IMG/VR virus record: IMGVR_UViG_3300046694_000296
Location: 151,657 to 215,656 of that record
Reading direction: 5' to 3' (one strand)
DNA length: 64,000 nt
Shown here: positions 19,552 to 30,216 of the stretch, piece after piece
Numbering within the stretch: the stretch's first letter is position 1
Layout: every line of letters begins with the position of its first letter
Program-made: the position numbers and the translations under genes
Notes under the pieces: generated by a model
Databases searched by the model: none
What the model saw: the letters and a program-made list of their open reading frames with translations, nothing else
What the model was told of the DNA's origin: nothing

Positions 19552-20540
19552 AAACCGCCGCACAGATTATCAACGAACGCCGGCTGGCCTTCGGCCCGAA
19601 GTCGGAGCTGATGGCGATCTCGCCCGCCAAGCACAAGTGGGCGCGCGACATCTGGCGTCAGATGAAAGCGAACAACTGGGACTTGCACGAGACGGATCTG
19701 ACCGAGGACGGCCCGTGCTGGCGCAGCGGCCGCATGACCGAAGGGGAGAAGTTCGCCTACGAGAGCGCGCTCGCATTCGCCTCGAACCTCGATGGGTTCC
19801 AGCTGCACTCGCTCGCCAACGTCGAGGCGTGCATCACCTCGCCCGAGGTGGAGATGTGCATCAAGCGCCAGATGTATGAAGAGGCGCTGCACGTCGACGC
19901 CTACAGCGAGATGGTCGAGACGATCAGCTCCGATCCGATGAGCGTCTACATGCGTTTCGAGCGCGACGGCATGCTCGCAGCGAAGAACGAGCACATCCTC
20001 GAGCAAAACCATATTCTGAAAGCAGAGCAGACGCCCGCACAGTTCGCCCGCGCCATCGTCGCGAACATTGCGCTGGAGGGCATCTACTTCTATAGCGCGT
20101 TCCTGGTGTTCTACGCGCTCGCACGCAACGGGAAGATGACCGGCTCGGCCGACAGCGTGAAGCTGATCCACCGCGACGAGCGCACGCACCTCGGCCTCTT
20201 CAAGAAGATGCACGAGACGTTCATGGCCGAGAACCCGGAGGTCTACGACGCGCAGTTCTGGGCCGACGCAGAGGCGATCCTGAAGGGCGCGGTGGATCTC
20301 GAAGCAGCATGGGGCGGCTACATCGTCAGCAAGGGCATGCTGGGCCTCACGCCGAAGATCATCACCGAGTTCCTGCAGACGACGGCGAACGAACACGCGG
20401 TCGATATCGGCCTGGCGCCCCTGTTTCCCGGCGTCAAAGACCCGGTGCCGTGGTTCGGCCCGTTCTCGCGCGGCGAAGAGTCCAACTTCTTCGAGGCCAA
20501 GGTCGGGGACTATGCCGTGGGCACGCTCGACTGGGATTAA
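19548..20540 (+). CDS. nrdB: ribonucleotide reductase beta subunit
   Basis: EEALHVDAY, LEGIYFYSAF, IHRDERTH, NFFE..V.DY. Confidence 0.95.
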   Translation: MKTAAQIINERRLAFGPKSELMAISPAKHKWARDIWRQMKANNWDLHETDLTEDGPCWRSGRMTEGEKFAYESALAFASNLDGFQLHSLANVEACITSPEVEMCIKRQMYEEALHVDAYSEMVETISSDPMSVYMRFERDGMLAAKNEHILEQNHILKAEQTPAQFARAIVANIALEGIYFYSAFLVFYALARNGKMTGSADSVKLIHRDERTHLGLFKKMHETFMAENPEVYDAQFWADAEAILKGAVDLEAAWGGYIVSKGMLGLTPKIITEFLQTTANEHAVDIGLAPLFPGVKDPVPWFGPFSRGEESNFFEAKVGDYAVGTLDWD

Positions 20541-20619
20541 TTCGCCGTAACGTATAAGTCACGCGTTACTATACTGTCACCTAACGCCCGGGCAACCGGG
20601 CATTACCTGAAGGAAGAGC

Positions 20620-21048
20620 ATGAGAAAGAAACTGATGTGCCTGTTGAGTGTCGCCGCGCTGTTCGTTGTCACCGCGCTTGCGTTGACCAGCTGCGGCCAC
20701 CGCGACGACTACGCCTATCCGCAAGCACCGGCGGTCGCCCAAGCGCCTGTCATCCAGCAAGCGCCCGCGTATGTCGCGCCGCCGGTCACGGTCGTGCAAG
20801 CCGCGCCTGCCCATGACGGTTTCCTCACCGGGATGCTGATGGGCCACCTGATGTCGGGCGGCGGCACACAGAACCACTATTACCACCCGCCTGCGCCCGC
20901 GTATCACCCGGCGCCCGTGGTGCGCAACACAACGATCGTCCAGCGCAACACGACTATCGTGCGACCGGCGGTTGCGGCACCACGCGCCGGGGCATACGTG
21001 TATCGCCCATCCCGCCCGAGCAGCTTCGGCTCGTTCAAACGTCGATAG
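20620..21048 (+). CDS. putative lipoprotein
   Basis: Basic N-terminus, hydrophobic stretch and lipobox LTSC; Pro/Ala-rich body. Confidence 0.6.
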   Translation: MRKKLMCLLSVAALFVVTALALTSCGHRDDYAYPQAPAVAQAPVIQQAPAYVAPPVTVVQAAPAHDGFLTGMLMGHLMSGGGTQNHYYHPPAPAYHPAPVVRNTTIVQRNTTIVRPAVAAPRAGAYVYRPSRPSSFGSFKRR

Positions 21049-21177
21049 TCGCGCCAGAAGTCTGATTTGAGAATGTCGGTCGGGCGCAATGCCCGACCCA
21101 ATCGAGAGGTTCCATTGACGTCGCACACCGGACCGGTGGCGAGCTCAATGCAGTCTTTCAACGAGGAGTAACCACAC

Positions 21178-22050
21178 ATGATCGAAGTCAATGGCAAGAA
21201 CTGCCGCGTGCGCGTCATTGCGCACAGCGTCCCGGATTTTCGCGACAACGCGAAGGAAATCTTTACGCTGGAGTTGCGTTACTGGCGGGCGGTGCATTCC
21301 GAGCTTATGACGCACCGCGACTTCAGCCGCAACGCCGGCTCGTCGCGAGCGATCCCGGTCGCCAAGATGATCGAGCAGGTCCGCAACGACCCGGCCGGCC
21401 CGCTGCATTGGGGCAAGAACCAGCCCGGCATGAAAGCGCAAGAAGAACTCACGCTTGACCAGCAGGAGCACGCGAAGATCATTTGGCGCGACGCGGCGAA
21501 CGCAGCGGCCGACTACGCTCAGCAGATGATGGATCTCGGGCTGCACAAGCAAGTCGCCAACCGGGCTCTTGAGCCGTATCAGTGGATCAACGTGCTCGTC
21601 ACCTCGACGGAATGGGACAACTGGTTCAATCTGCGCGCGCACGCCGACGCCCAGCCCGAGATTCAAGACCTCGCCTACACCATGCGCGACGCGATGGAGC
21701 AGAGCACGCCGGTCAAGCGCGGCATCAAGCGCGACAGCGAAAACGGGTGGCACCTGCCGTATGTGCTTGACAGCGAGCGCGAATTCATTCGCCTCGACGT
21801 GCTCAAGAAGCTCTCGACGGCCCGCTGCGCGCGCCTGTCCTATGAGCCCTTTGACGGCAACGCGGCGATCGAGAAGGAGATCGAGCGCTACAACCTACTG
21901 GTCGGCAGCGAGCCGCTGCACGCATCGCCCACTGAGCACCAAGCCTGCCCGCTGCCGGCCGGCTCGGATCAAAGCCGCAACTTCCGGGGTTGGCACCAGT
22001 ATCGCGTGAACGTCGAGGCAGACGCTTATCTGGCGAAGCGCGCAGCGTAA
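21178..22050 (+). CDS. thyX: flavin-dependent thymidylate synthase (ThyX/Thy1-like, phage type)
   Basis: ELMTHRDFSRNAGSSRAIP, HKQVANR.LEP, HASPTEHQA. Confidence 0.8.
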   Translation: MIEVNGKNCRVRVIAHSVPDFRDNAKEIFTLELRYWRAVHSELMTHRDFSRNAGSSRAIPVAKMIEQVRNDPAGPLHWGKNQPGMKAQEELTLDQQEHAKIIWRDAANAAADYAQQMMDLGLHKQVANRALEPYQWINVLVTSTEWDNWFNLRAHADAQPEIQDLAYTMRDAMEQSTPVKRGIKRDSENGWHLPYVLDSEREFIRLDVLKKLSTARCARLSYEPFDGNAAIEKEIERYNLLVGSEPLHASPTEHQACPLPAGSDQSRNFRGWHQYRVNVEADAYLAKRAA

Positions 22051-22135
22051 TGCAACGGTAACGGGTTGCCTCACTATACTGATAAGTAACCCGTTACACA
22101 CGGTTAAAACGAAACCTCTACAGGAGCAACACCTC

Positions 22136-22816
22136 ATGACCGAAGCCGCAAACATGAACACGATGGACAACACGACCTACCACGCTGAAGTCCTGTCGAC
22201 CGAATCGAAGCCCGACGCGATCAACTTCGGCCCGGCGACGCTGATGATGGCGCTGAACCTCGCCGTGCAAGCGGGCAACCTGCTCGACCAGATCAAGCGC
22301 GCCGTGTTCTACGGCAAGGACATCGACCCGCAGATCGCCGGCCAGGCGCTGCAAGCGATTCCTGCGATGGCGAACGACATCAAGTTCCCGCTCGCGACGG
22401 ATCGCTACCGCGACCCGCGCGACGCCGATTTCTACAACAGCATCGACCCGAAGGCGAAGGAAATCCTGTCGCTGCATGGCGTGGACGTGCGCCTGCTGCA
22501 CGCGGCCCTCGGTCGCTTTACCGAGTCCACCGAGTTCATCGAGGCGCTGGTCCCGACGTTCTTCGGTCAGGTGTTCGACAAGGTGAACGGTCTGGAAGAA
22601 ATCGGCGACGGCCGCTGGTATGACGAGATTGCGCTCGACGCACTCGGCTACACCGCGGAGCAGTGCAACTTCACGAACATCAAGAAGCTGAAGGACAAGA
22701 AGGCGGGCCGCTACCAGAAGGGCGCGTTCGATCCGAACGCTGCAGTGGATCGTGACACGACCGCCGAGCGCGCACTGCTCGAAGCGGGCGCGGCCACCGA
22801 AGCACAGGCGGCGTAA
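22136..22816 (+). CDS. MazG-like NTP pyrophosphohydrolase
   Basis: LLHAALG..TE..E, DKVNGLEEIGD..WY, NIKKL...RY. Confidence 0.75.
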   Translation: MTEAANMNTMDNTTYHAEVLSTESKPDAINFGPATLMMALNLAVQAGNLLDQIKRAVFYGKDIDPQIAGQALQAIPAMANDIKFPLATDRYRDPRDADFYNSIDPKAKEILSLHGVDVRLLHAALGRFTESTEFIEALVPTFFGQVFDKVNGLEEIGDGRWYDEIALDALGYTAEQCNFTNIKKLKDKKAGRYQKGAFDPNAAVDRDTTAERALLEAGAATEAQAA

Positions 22817-23443
22817 GTGATTGGGCTTGCAGGTTCGCAAAGAACGGGCAAGTCCACGCTCGCGAAGGCGTATGCGGAGGAGTCGGGGGTGAAGTTCATC
22901 GCCACCGGCGCTTCGGCCACCTTCGCGCGTCTTGGACTGGATCCAAAGAAGGACTACGACTTCGCGACGCGCCTGCGCACACAGCGTGAAATTCTCGCCG
23001 ACTGCGACCGGCTCTATGACAGCGCAGGGGTGCGCTTCATCACCGACCGCACGCCGATCGACTTTCTCGGTTACACGCTCGCCGATGTCACACGCGAGAA
23101 CGTGCGCGGGAAGCTCGAAGTGGAGCTGCAGCGCTACGTTGACGATTGCTACGCCTGTGCGAATAAGCACTTCACCGTGCTCATCCTCGTGCAGCCGGGC
23201 ATCGCGCTCGTCGAGGCAGAAGGCAAGGCGCCGGCAAGTCCGTCGTATATGGCGCACGTGAACGCGCTGATGCTGGGCCTGATGGCTGACGAAGCACTGC
23301 AAGCCGACCACTACAAGATTCCGCGCCGGGCCATCGAGCTCGAGATTCGGATCAGCGCGGTCGAGGAAGCAGTGCGGAAGTCAGCGCAGCGCCACGTCGC
23401 GAAGATGGAGCGATTGCACGAAGACGGGCTGGTGCTGCACTAG
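22817..23443 (+). CDS. P-loop nucleotide kinase (dNMP kinase/AAA_28-like)
   Basis: IGLAGSQRTGKST, FITDRTPID. Confidence 0.75.
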   Translation: MIGLAGSQRTGKSTLAKAYAEESGVKFIATGASATFARLGLDPKKDYDFATRLRTQREILADCDRLYDSAGVRFITDRTPIDFLGYTLADVTRENVRGKLEVELQRYVDDCYACANKHFTVLILVQPGIALVEAEGKAPASPSYMAHVNALMLGLMADEALQADHYKIPRRAIELEIRISAVEEAVRKSAQRHVAKMERLHEDGLVLH

Positions 23444-23511
23444 CCAAAAGAGGGAACCGACAATATCAATCAGTCGGTTCCCTTTCAAAACAACGAATTA
23501 GAGGACATTCC

Positions 23512-24138
23512 ATGACCACTCAGAACGTCAAGCTGACGAATCACGCCCGCGACCAGATCATCCAGAACGCCCTGCACGGCGCGTTTGAAAAGGAGCGCAA
23601 GGCGAACAAGGCTCGTCTGACCAAGCTCGCCGACAAGTGCTATCGCTCGACGGTCAGCGTTGCGACCGAGAAGGCTGCCCGCCAGGCGCCCGACGACTTC
23701 CTGTATCTGTGCAACGTGATCTCGCGCATCTACTTCCGCGATGCGGAGCTGCGTCGGAACATGGACACGGCCTACGATGTGGAGCTCTCGCGTGCCGTCC
23801 CGTTCCCGGGCCGTCATACCACGCTGACCATCGAGTCCAAAGAGCTGCATGCCGAGTATGTGGAGATCATGCGAGTGGAGCGCGAGCTGGACCAGAAGCA
23901 CAACGACCTCGCGGAAAGCCTCAAGCGCACGGTCTACAGCACGTCCTCGCTCAAGAAGCTGATAGAGATGTGGCCGGAGGTCGAGAACTTCCTGCCCGCC
24001 TCCGTCACCGCACCGAAGCCCATGCTTCCGGCGCTGCCCGTCGGCGATCTGAACAATGCGCTGCGCGCCGCCGGGGTCAAGGTCGGTGTCATCGTCACGC
24101 CGAAAGCAACCGGCGGCCTTGTAGCGGTGGCAGCATGA
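23512..24138 (+). CDS. Nmad5-like (nucleotide-modification-associated) protein
   Basis: KLTNHARDQII N-terminus and SLKKLIEMWPE..FLP C-terminal signature, recalled from that family. Confidence 0.55.
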   Translation: MTTQNVKLTNHARDQIIQNALHGAFEKERKANKARLTKLADKCYRSTVSVATEKAARQAPDDFLYLCNVISRIYFRDAELRRNMDTAYDVELSRAVPFPGRHTTLTIESKELHAEYVEIMRVERELDQKHNDLAESLKRTVYSTSSLKKLIEMWPEVENFLPASVTAPKPMLPALPVGDLNNALRAAGVKVGVIVTPKATGGLVAVAA

Positions 24139-24563
24139 GCGACCACCCGACGATCCGCGAGGAACTGGAGCGCAAGGTCACGGAAGAGGTCGAGCGCGTG
24201 TTCCTCGCCGTGCGCAGCGGCAAGATGAGCACCTACGGCTACCACCAGGCGCTCGAAGGGCTCTGGGGCGGTGTGGCGGGGCTCGTCTCGAAGGAGTCGA
24301 TGGAACTCATCACGCAGGCCCGCCGCGAGCATACGGCCGCGCCGAACATGACGCTGCGCACGGTCATCGTGATCGGTGAGGCGGTCGCCAGCGTGAAGTG
24401 GATGGTCGGCAGCGACACGGTTGCGACCATGATTAAGAAGCCCGGCGCGCAGCCGCAGGTGGTCACGCGCACGGTCGAGGACAACAGCCCGTTGTCGGCG
24501 TTGAAATACTACGCGGCAGCGGCCAAGAAGTTCCGGGACATGCCCGGAGCGGTGGAGTTTTGA
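24135..24563 (+). CDS. hypothetical protein
   Basis: ATGA-coupled ORF. Confidence 0.55.
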   Translation: MSDHPTIREELERKVTEEVERVFLAVRSGKMSTYGYHQALEGLWGGVAGLVSKESMELITQARREHTAAPNMTLRTVIVIGEAVASVKWMVGSDTVATMIKKPGAQPQVVTRTVEDNSPLSALKYYAAAAKKFRDMPGAVEF

Positions 24564-24941
24564 CCATGACGAACGAACGGAAGAAAGAGATCGAGGCGAT
24601 CGGCGACCAGGAATGGCGACAGATGATGAACGAGGTGGACGTCGCCGATGGGTTGAGGCCCGAGCGGCGGATTTTCACCATCATGCCGAGCGTGAAGCAG
24701 AACATTTCGTTCTTCGGCGCAGCGCACGAGACGATCCTCTACGTCACGGAGGAGGGCGAGTTCAACTGGTGCGCGAACCCGGAGGAGGCGATCCTCGCGA
24801 TGGAGGCGGCCGGCACGAACAAGCCGATTGCCGCGCTGCTGCGTCGTTTGCGCGATTACGAGAATCAAGTTTGAGCTCCAATCGCTCACGCTTACTATAC
24901 TGGTAAGTAACACGTTACCAACCAACTATTACAGAGGGAAC

Positions 24942-25409
24942 ATGACCACCACGATTTCGGCGATGCGACTCGACGTCGCCAACCTCGTCAAGCGCGCAGA
25001 CGAACTGCCGTTCAAGCGCGACGAGGACTTGCTCTTCACGATCCTGGGCGAGCTCCAGAACCGCAGCGACGCGCAGAAGCAGGAAGTCTTCGCGCAGTCG
25101 CGCAAAGGCGGCGGGGTGTTTCTCTTCGAGAGCAAGAACTTCCCGGGCCACATCGCCGAATACATTCCCGGCATCGTCGAGACGGACAGCATTTCATGCC
25201 TGTTCACGCCGCACCCGATGCTCGCCGAAGCGCGTCTGGTGCTCAAGTTCCGCGAGGAGCTGATCGAAGCCATCGAGCGCGTGCAGCAAGCCGCGCCGGG
25301 CTCGCTCAAGAAGGCCGACCCGGGCCGCAGCCGCGCGGTGTTCCTCAACGAGATGTCCACGCTGCAGCTCGCCGACACCCTGCGCGAACTGGGCCGCGTG
25401 AAGCTGTAA
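24942..25409 (+). CDS. hypothetical protein
   Basis: RBS GAGGG, preceded by TATACT and palindrome. Confidence 0.55.
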   Translation: MTTTISAMRLDVANLVKRADELPFKRDEDLLFTILGELQNRSDAQKQEVFAQSRKGGGVFLFESKNFPGHIAEYIPGIVETDSISCLFTPHPMLAEARLVLKFREELIEAIERVQQAAPGSLKKADPGRSRAVFLNEMSTLQLADTLRELGRVKL

Positions 25410-25477
25410 AGCCAAGAACCCGAAAATCCCCGCCGAGCGGGGAGCGATTTTCCACCACCTATAAGGATCACCCGATC

Positions 25478-25900
25478 ATGGCAAACCTCATCAAGCGCGT
25501 CGTCAAGGCTCAATACGAAACCACGGACGGCCAAGTGTTCGAAGACAAAGCGGAAGCGGTCAAGCATCAGGCCGATCTGGACCGTGTGCGCAAGGTCGCC
25601 GAGCTCGTCGACACGAAGGCGGGGCTCTACGCGGCGACCGTCACCCGCAACGGCGATTCGGTCATCGAGCACTGGGGCACCTTCGACTTCGGCAGCATCG
25701 CCCGCTTCATCATCGACAACGCCGACGCGCTGCGCGAGATCCTGCCGAAGCGCGCCAAGAGCATCCAAGTCGTGCCGGCCGAGCCTATTCCCGCGAGCGA
25801 ACTGATCGACCCCGCCACGCCGCAGACCGCGGAAGAGGCGCTGCTGCCCTACAACCCGGTCCTGAACGCCGCGCCGCCGGTCGCGATGCTGAACGTCTAA
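25478..25900 (+). CDS. hypothetical protein
   Basis: YETTDGQVFEDKAEA motif common in small phage proteins; AAGGA RBS. Confidence 0.6.
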   Translation: MANLIKRVVKAQYETTDGQVFEDKAEAVKHQADLDRVRKVAELVDTKAGLYAATVTRNGDSVIEHWGTFDFGSIARFIIDNADALREILPKRAKSIQVVPAEPIPASELIDPATPQTAEEALLPYNPVLNAAPPVAMLNV

Positions 25901-25997
25901 GCGACCCACCGCAGCAGCACCAATCCGAACGGGCGCCATCGAGCGCCCGTTATCTTGATAGGTATCTTGATACCAAAATACCAGTGACGAGGACACT

Positions 25998-26441
25998 ATG
26001 AGCAACGAGCCGAACTTCGAACTGTTGAAGGACGCATACGAGATTGTCGACGGCATTCCGGCCGAGAATTTCAACCTGAACCAGTGGCGCAAGAAAGACC
26101 GCGGTATGAGCTGCGGCACGATCGCCTGCGCGGCCGGCTGGCTCTCGCTGCACCCGAAGTTTCAGGCACTCGGGCTTGGCTACCGGGACTTCGGCATTGA
26201 GGGCTATCAAGTCACGTTTGGCGACGAATATCACTTCGCAGCGCTCGCCGAGCTCTTCAACATCGGCAACACACAAGCACACGTTCTGTTCGGATCGGCG
26301 CATGAGTTCGAACCCGAGGAACACAAAGCTGAGTTCCTCAAGCGCGTGCGTGTCTTCCTGCAGAGGCACGGGCAACTGAAGGAGCAGATCGTGCGGCGCG
26401 AGCGCCATCGGACTGTCGTGCAGCGGAGTCTCACGCGATGA
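25998..26441 (+). CDS. hypothetical protein (CGTIACAAGW family)
   Basis: GAGGA RBS; similar to 40589..41116. Confidence 0.6.
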   Translation: MSNEPNFELLKDAYEIVDGIPAENFNLNQWRKKDRGMSCGTIACAAGWLSLHPKFQALGLGYRDFGIEGYQVTFGDEYHFAALAELFNIGNTQAHVLFGSAHEFEPEEHKAEFLKRVRVFLQRHGQLKEQIVRRERHRTVVQRSLTR

Positions 26442-27016
26442 GCCGTATCTTCTTCACCGCCGACACCCACTTCGGGCATCGCAAGGCGATCGGCTTCGAG
26501 AACCGCGCGTTCGAATCCGTCGAGGAGATGGACGAAAAGCTGATCGAGAACTGGAACGAGGCGGTCGGGCGGGGCGACACCATCTACCACCTCGGCGACC
26601 TGTCGTTCTCCAATGCCGAGCGCACCATCGAGATCGTGCGCCGGCTCAACGGGCAAAAGCACTGGATCGTGGGCAACCACGACAAGGCGCTCGCCAAGAA
26701 GCCCGACCTCGCGCGGCTGTTCAACACGGTCGGCCCGCTCAAGGAGATCAAAGTCGATGACCCGGATGCCCGCGCCGGCGGCAAGCAACGCATCATCATG
26801 TGCCACTTCCCGCTCCTGACGTGGAACTGCGCGCATTACGGCGCGTGGATGCTGCACGGGCACTCACACGGCCACATGCGCTACCCGGTTTCGATGCGCA
26901 TCATGGACGTGGGCGTCGATCCCAACTGGCTTGCGCCGGTCAGCTACGAGAACGTCAAGCGCTTCATGGCAGACAAGGAATACGTCGCGCTCGACCAGCA
27001 TCAAGAGCGCTCCTAG
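26438..27016 (+). CDS. calcineurin-like metallophosphoesterase
   Basis: ADTHFGH, HLGD, GNHD, CHFP, LHGHSHG, DVGVD. Confidence 0.9.
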   Translation: MSRIFFTADTHFGHRKAIGFENRAFESVEEMDEKLIENWNEAVGRGDTIYHLGDLSFSNAERTIEIVRRLNGQKHWIVGNHDKALAKKPDLARLFNTVGPLKEIKVDDPDARAGGKQRIIMCHFPLLTWNCAHYGAWMLHGHSHGHMRYPVSMRIMDVGVDPNWLAPVSYENVKRFMADKEYVALDQHQERS

Positions 27017-27020
27017 TCGG

Positions 27021-27491
27021 TCACGTCCGAAGCTTGTCGAGCACGGTCGCAGCGTTGCAGGACGCCTCATCAACGTCGACGGTGAAGCGTTCAAGCTCAT
27101 CCTCGGGCCATCTCATATCGCTGATTGCCTTCTTCGACGAACCCTGATAGTTGAGGATCTGATCACCGTTCGTGTCCGTAATAGGGTGTGCGTGAATAAG
27201 CGCATTCCGTTGGTGTATCAACGCCCCGAATTCCACACATACGGCATTCAGTTCGTCTTTCGAAACGCGCGTGAAATCTGTCCGACTGTCGATGACCGAT
27301 TGCAGCTTCTTGGCGACATCGCCGGACATGATCGGCTTTCCGCGAGAGTAGGTCGAAACGAAGCCGGGGTTCAAATACTCGATGATGTAAATAATGGTCC
27401 ACTCGTAGTAAGCGAACAAGTAGACGGCGGTCCCCAAGCGAGCGGTGTAGCTCGGATCGAACGGTGTGCGCAATTCAAGGTTTGATGCCAT
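27021..27491 (-). CDS. counter-oriented accessory gene, HEPN-like helical protein possible
   Basis: Lower-GC ORF opposite to all neighbours; 'QRNALIH' resembles the Rx4-6H motif. Confidence 0.55.
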   Translation of the reverse strand: MASNLELRTPFDPSYTARLGTAVYLFAYYEWTIIYIIEYLNPGFVSTYSRGKPIMSGDVAKKLQSVIDSRTDFTRVSKDELNAVCVEFGALIHQRNALIHAHPITDTNGDQILNYQGSSKKAISDMRWPEDELERFTVDVDEASCNAATVLDKLRT

Positions 27492-27625
27492 TGCTGCCTC
27501 ATAGCAGTTGAAAGCAGCGATGCTAGCGAGTTCCTGCGTCGAACACAAACTCCAAAATGTATACGCAGCGGGCCGACCAGCGCTCACTATACTGAGTAAC
27601 AGGTAACTTATTTATTGAGGTGTGT

Positions 27626-28207
27626 ATGACCCGAATCGCGGGCCTTGACCTAGAAACCACGGGCCTTGACCAGTCGGCCGGACATCGGATCATCGAAGTC
27701 GCGGTGACGCTCCACGAGCTCGAAACCGAGCGCTTCCTGGGCAAATACGTCCAGCGTATCAACCCGCAGCGTGCCATCGACCCCGATGCGCAGCGCGTGC
27801 ACGGGATCACCTTCGAGCAGCTGGCGCACGAGCCGACGTGGGAACAGGTCGCGCCGAACGTCCACCGCGTGCTCTCTGCGGTGCGCTACATGGCCGGGCA
27901 CAACATCATCGGCTTCGACTGGCCGTTCCTCTCAGGCGAGTTCAAGCGCATCGGCATGGCGGTCCCCGAGCTGGAGCTCATCGACACGATGGTGGACGCC
28001 CGCTGGGCGACGCCGCTGGGCAAGCTCCCGAATCTCTCGGAGCTCTGTTTTGCCACCGGTATCGAGTATGACCCGAGCCAAGCACACGGCGCCCTATACG
28101 ACATCGACGTAAACATGAATGCGTATTTCGCCGCGCGTCGCATGGGCTTCTTCGGCCCGCAAATCGTTCAACCCGTTCCCGCAATCGTGGAGGAAGCAAC
28201 AGCATGA
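27626..28207 (+). CDS. DEDDh 3'-5' exonuclease (DnaQ/epsilon-like)
   Basis: GLDLETTG, HGIT, GHN..GFD, IDTM, AHGALYD. Confidence 0.9.
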   Translation: MTRIAGLDLETTGLDQSAGHRIIEVAVTLHELETERFLGKYVQRINPQRAIDPDAQRVHGITFEQLAHEPTWEQVAPNVHRVLSAVRYMAGHNIIGFDWPFLSGEFKRIGMAVPELELIDTMVDARWATPLGKLPNLSELCFATGIEYDPSQAHGALYDIDVNMNAYFAARRMGFFGPQIVQPVPAIVEEATA

Positions 28208-28415
28208 ATGAAACCCGAAAGATGATTCCAGTCATGGTGACTCGGAACTTCGAAGTTCGCCCATGCGTGGACGCGCCGCCGACTTTGACTCTTTCAAAGG
28301 GCGACGTCATTCACGTTGATGCCGATATGCACGCCAGCGATTCGAAGCTGGTGTTCGCGGTCGGGCCGACAGGTCGCCAGTTCCCGATGGCGAAGATTGC
28401 ATATCAGGTGGCGTC

Positions 28416-28994
28416 ATGAGCCGCATCAAAGTCATCGTGAAGGGCCAGTCCGGCAGCGGTCACCACCGCACCGCAGAGGCGATCTTCGCCATGCTCGACA
28501 GCAAGGGCGCAAACATTCGCGTGGACAGCGGCGACGCCGTGCTGCGCACCGGTTACGCCACTATGTTCAATGCCAGGGGCCTGCGCGTGAAGTTGAAGGT
28601 CGTGCAAGAGCCGCGCGAGGAGGTGCCTGTGCGCGCGGCCGACGAGCCATGCAGGTGCAAGACGCTGGGCGACTGGAATGGCAATCATCACCCCTTGTGC
28701 GACGGCGAGGTGATGATGGCGGTGAACGAGGAAGAGGCTCGCTACATTCTGACCCGCCGCGGGCAGAAGATGACCCACTACAGCGTGCATCAGGACAAGG
28801 AAGGCCGGTTCTACTACTGGTCGTGGGGCCGACAGCCGGCGGGCGAACTGCTCAACCAGATCGCCGACATCAACCCGGTGATCGCGGCGAAGAAGTTCCT
28901 CACGATCTACCTGCCGTGCGATCCGGCGAGTTGGGGCAGCTGCATCCAGCCCAAGCGCAAGGATGGACAGCCGATCGTGGGCGAGACATGCTAG
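28416..28994 (+). CDS. hypothetical protein
   Basis: Coupled ORF; N-terminal degenerate P-loop-like GQSGSGHH. Confidence 0.5.
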   Translation: MSRIKVIVKGQSGSGHHRTAEAIFAMLDSKGANIRVDSGDAVLRTGYATMFNARGLRVKLKVVQEPREEVPVRAADEPCRCKTLGDWNGNHHPLCDGEVMMAVNEEEARYILTRRGQKMTHYSVHQDKEGRFYYWSWGRQPAGELLNQIADINPVIAAKKFLTIYLPCDPASWGSCIQPKRKDGQPIVGETC

Positions 28995-29698
28995 TCAGCG
29001 TGTTCGCCGACGCATCATTCGACCCTAACACGCGTGCCGGCGGCTTCGGCTGCTGGATGAAGTCTCAGCGCGGCGGCCACTCAGCGGGCGGGCCGTTCAA
29101 GTCCCGGGCGCGCAATAGCGGCATCGCCGAAATGATGGCGTGCCTGAATGCGGCGCACCTTGCGTTCGTGCATCAGGTTGCCTTCCCGGGCGACGAGCTC
29201 CTCATCCAGACCGATTGCCAGGCCGCGATCCTTGCATTCGAGGGCAAGCGGGCTCTGCAAGAGGACGAGAAGATCATCGCGGATGGCATGGCGACCATCG
29301 CGCAGATCAAGCAAGCGCGCATTCGTTTCCGCCACGTCAAGGGGCACACGAAGGGCGATCAGCCTCGCTTGTGGGTGAATAATCATTGCGACGCACTCGC
29401 AAAGCAGGGCAGACGCGAAGCGCTTGCCCTGCACAAAACGCAGTCCTTGCCGAACCTGATCGAGGTGCCAGCGCGCCGCGTCAAGAGCGAGGACGAGCGT
29501 TCGCAAAAGCGCGCTGCGCGAAAGCACGCTAGGATGGCGGATCAAAATAACCGCCGTGCATTCGCTTTCGGCTTTAATAACAAGGAGAATCATTCGCATG
29601 TGGGCACCGGCGTTTCACCAATACCGCTTCGGCAAGAACAAGAGCTGGCTCAACAGCCTGTGGCTGGGCACGATCTGGGCGTTTCTCACGCTGCCTGA
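28988..29698 (+). CDS. RNase HI-like protein
   Basis: VFADAS, AEMMA, IQTDC, RHVKGH, N..CD.LAK. Confidence 0.85.
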   Translation: MLVSVFADASFDPNTRAGGFGCWMKSQRGGHSAGGPFKSRARNSGIAEMMACLNAAHLAFVHQVAFPGDELLIQTDCQAAILAFEGKRALQEDEKIIADGMATIAQIKQARIRFRHVKGHTKGDQPRLWVNNHCDALAKQGRREALALHKTQSLPNLIEVPARRVKSEDERSQKRAARKHARMADQNNRRAFAFGFNNKENHSHVGTGVSPIPLRQEQELAQQPVAGHDLGVSHAA

Positions 29699-30216
29699 GA
29701 TCCTGCTGTTCAACCTGCTGGTCCCCGCAATTGCTCACCCGAAGGTGGCGCATTTACGGCTGCTCTCGACGCTTGCGCTCCTCATCAAGCTGCCCGTCTT
29801 AGGTATGCTGGGTCGGGTGACCTCGGAAGACGTGAGCATTGAGGAATTAACCAAGCGTCTGAAATCGGTCCAATGACCAGTCTGTAGAGTCTGAATTTGC
29901 AATTGGTTGCACAGGGAAAGCGCAGAGGCGCTTTTATTTTCCCTGTGTGTGTAAGTAATGCCTTACTCATACTATACTGAGTGGAGAGGCTAATGAGAAC
30001 GCCGCGAAAGAGCTACCGCATCTATGGCCGCGCCCCGCGCCACGGTAGTTTCAAGGCAATGGATATGCATAATATGATTCAAGCGTCTCGGATAAGTAAA
30101 GCAACAACTTACTGGGACCGCACCGAAGCTGAGGCAAAGAAGCTGAAGGCTTGGGTGGATGAGTTGAATGCTGAGAAAACTGGCTGGTTGTATGAATTGA
30201 GGGAGGTAAAGGACAA

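Noticed and set aside
2205-20540. Inteins or introns in dnaE, recA, nrdA, nrdB
   Set aside because: Lengths are normal or compact, frames uninterrupted, no intein splice motifs seen
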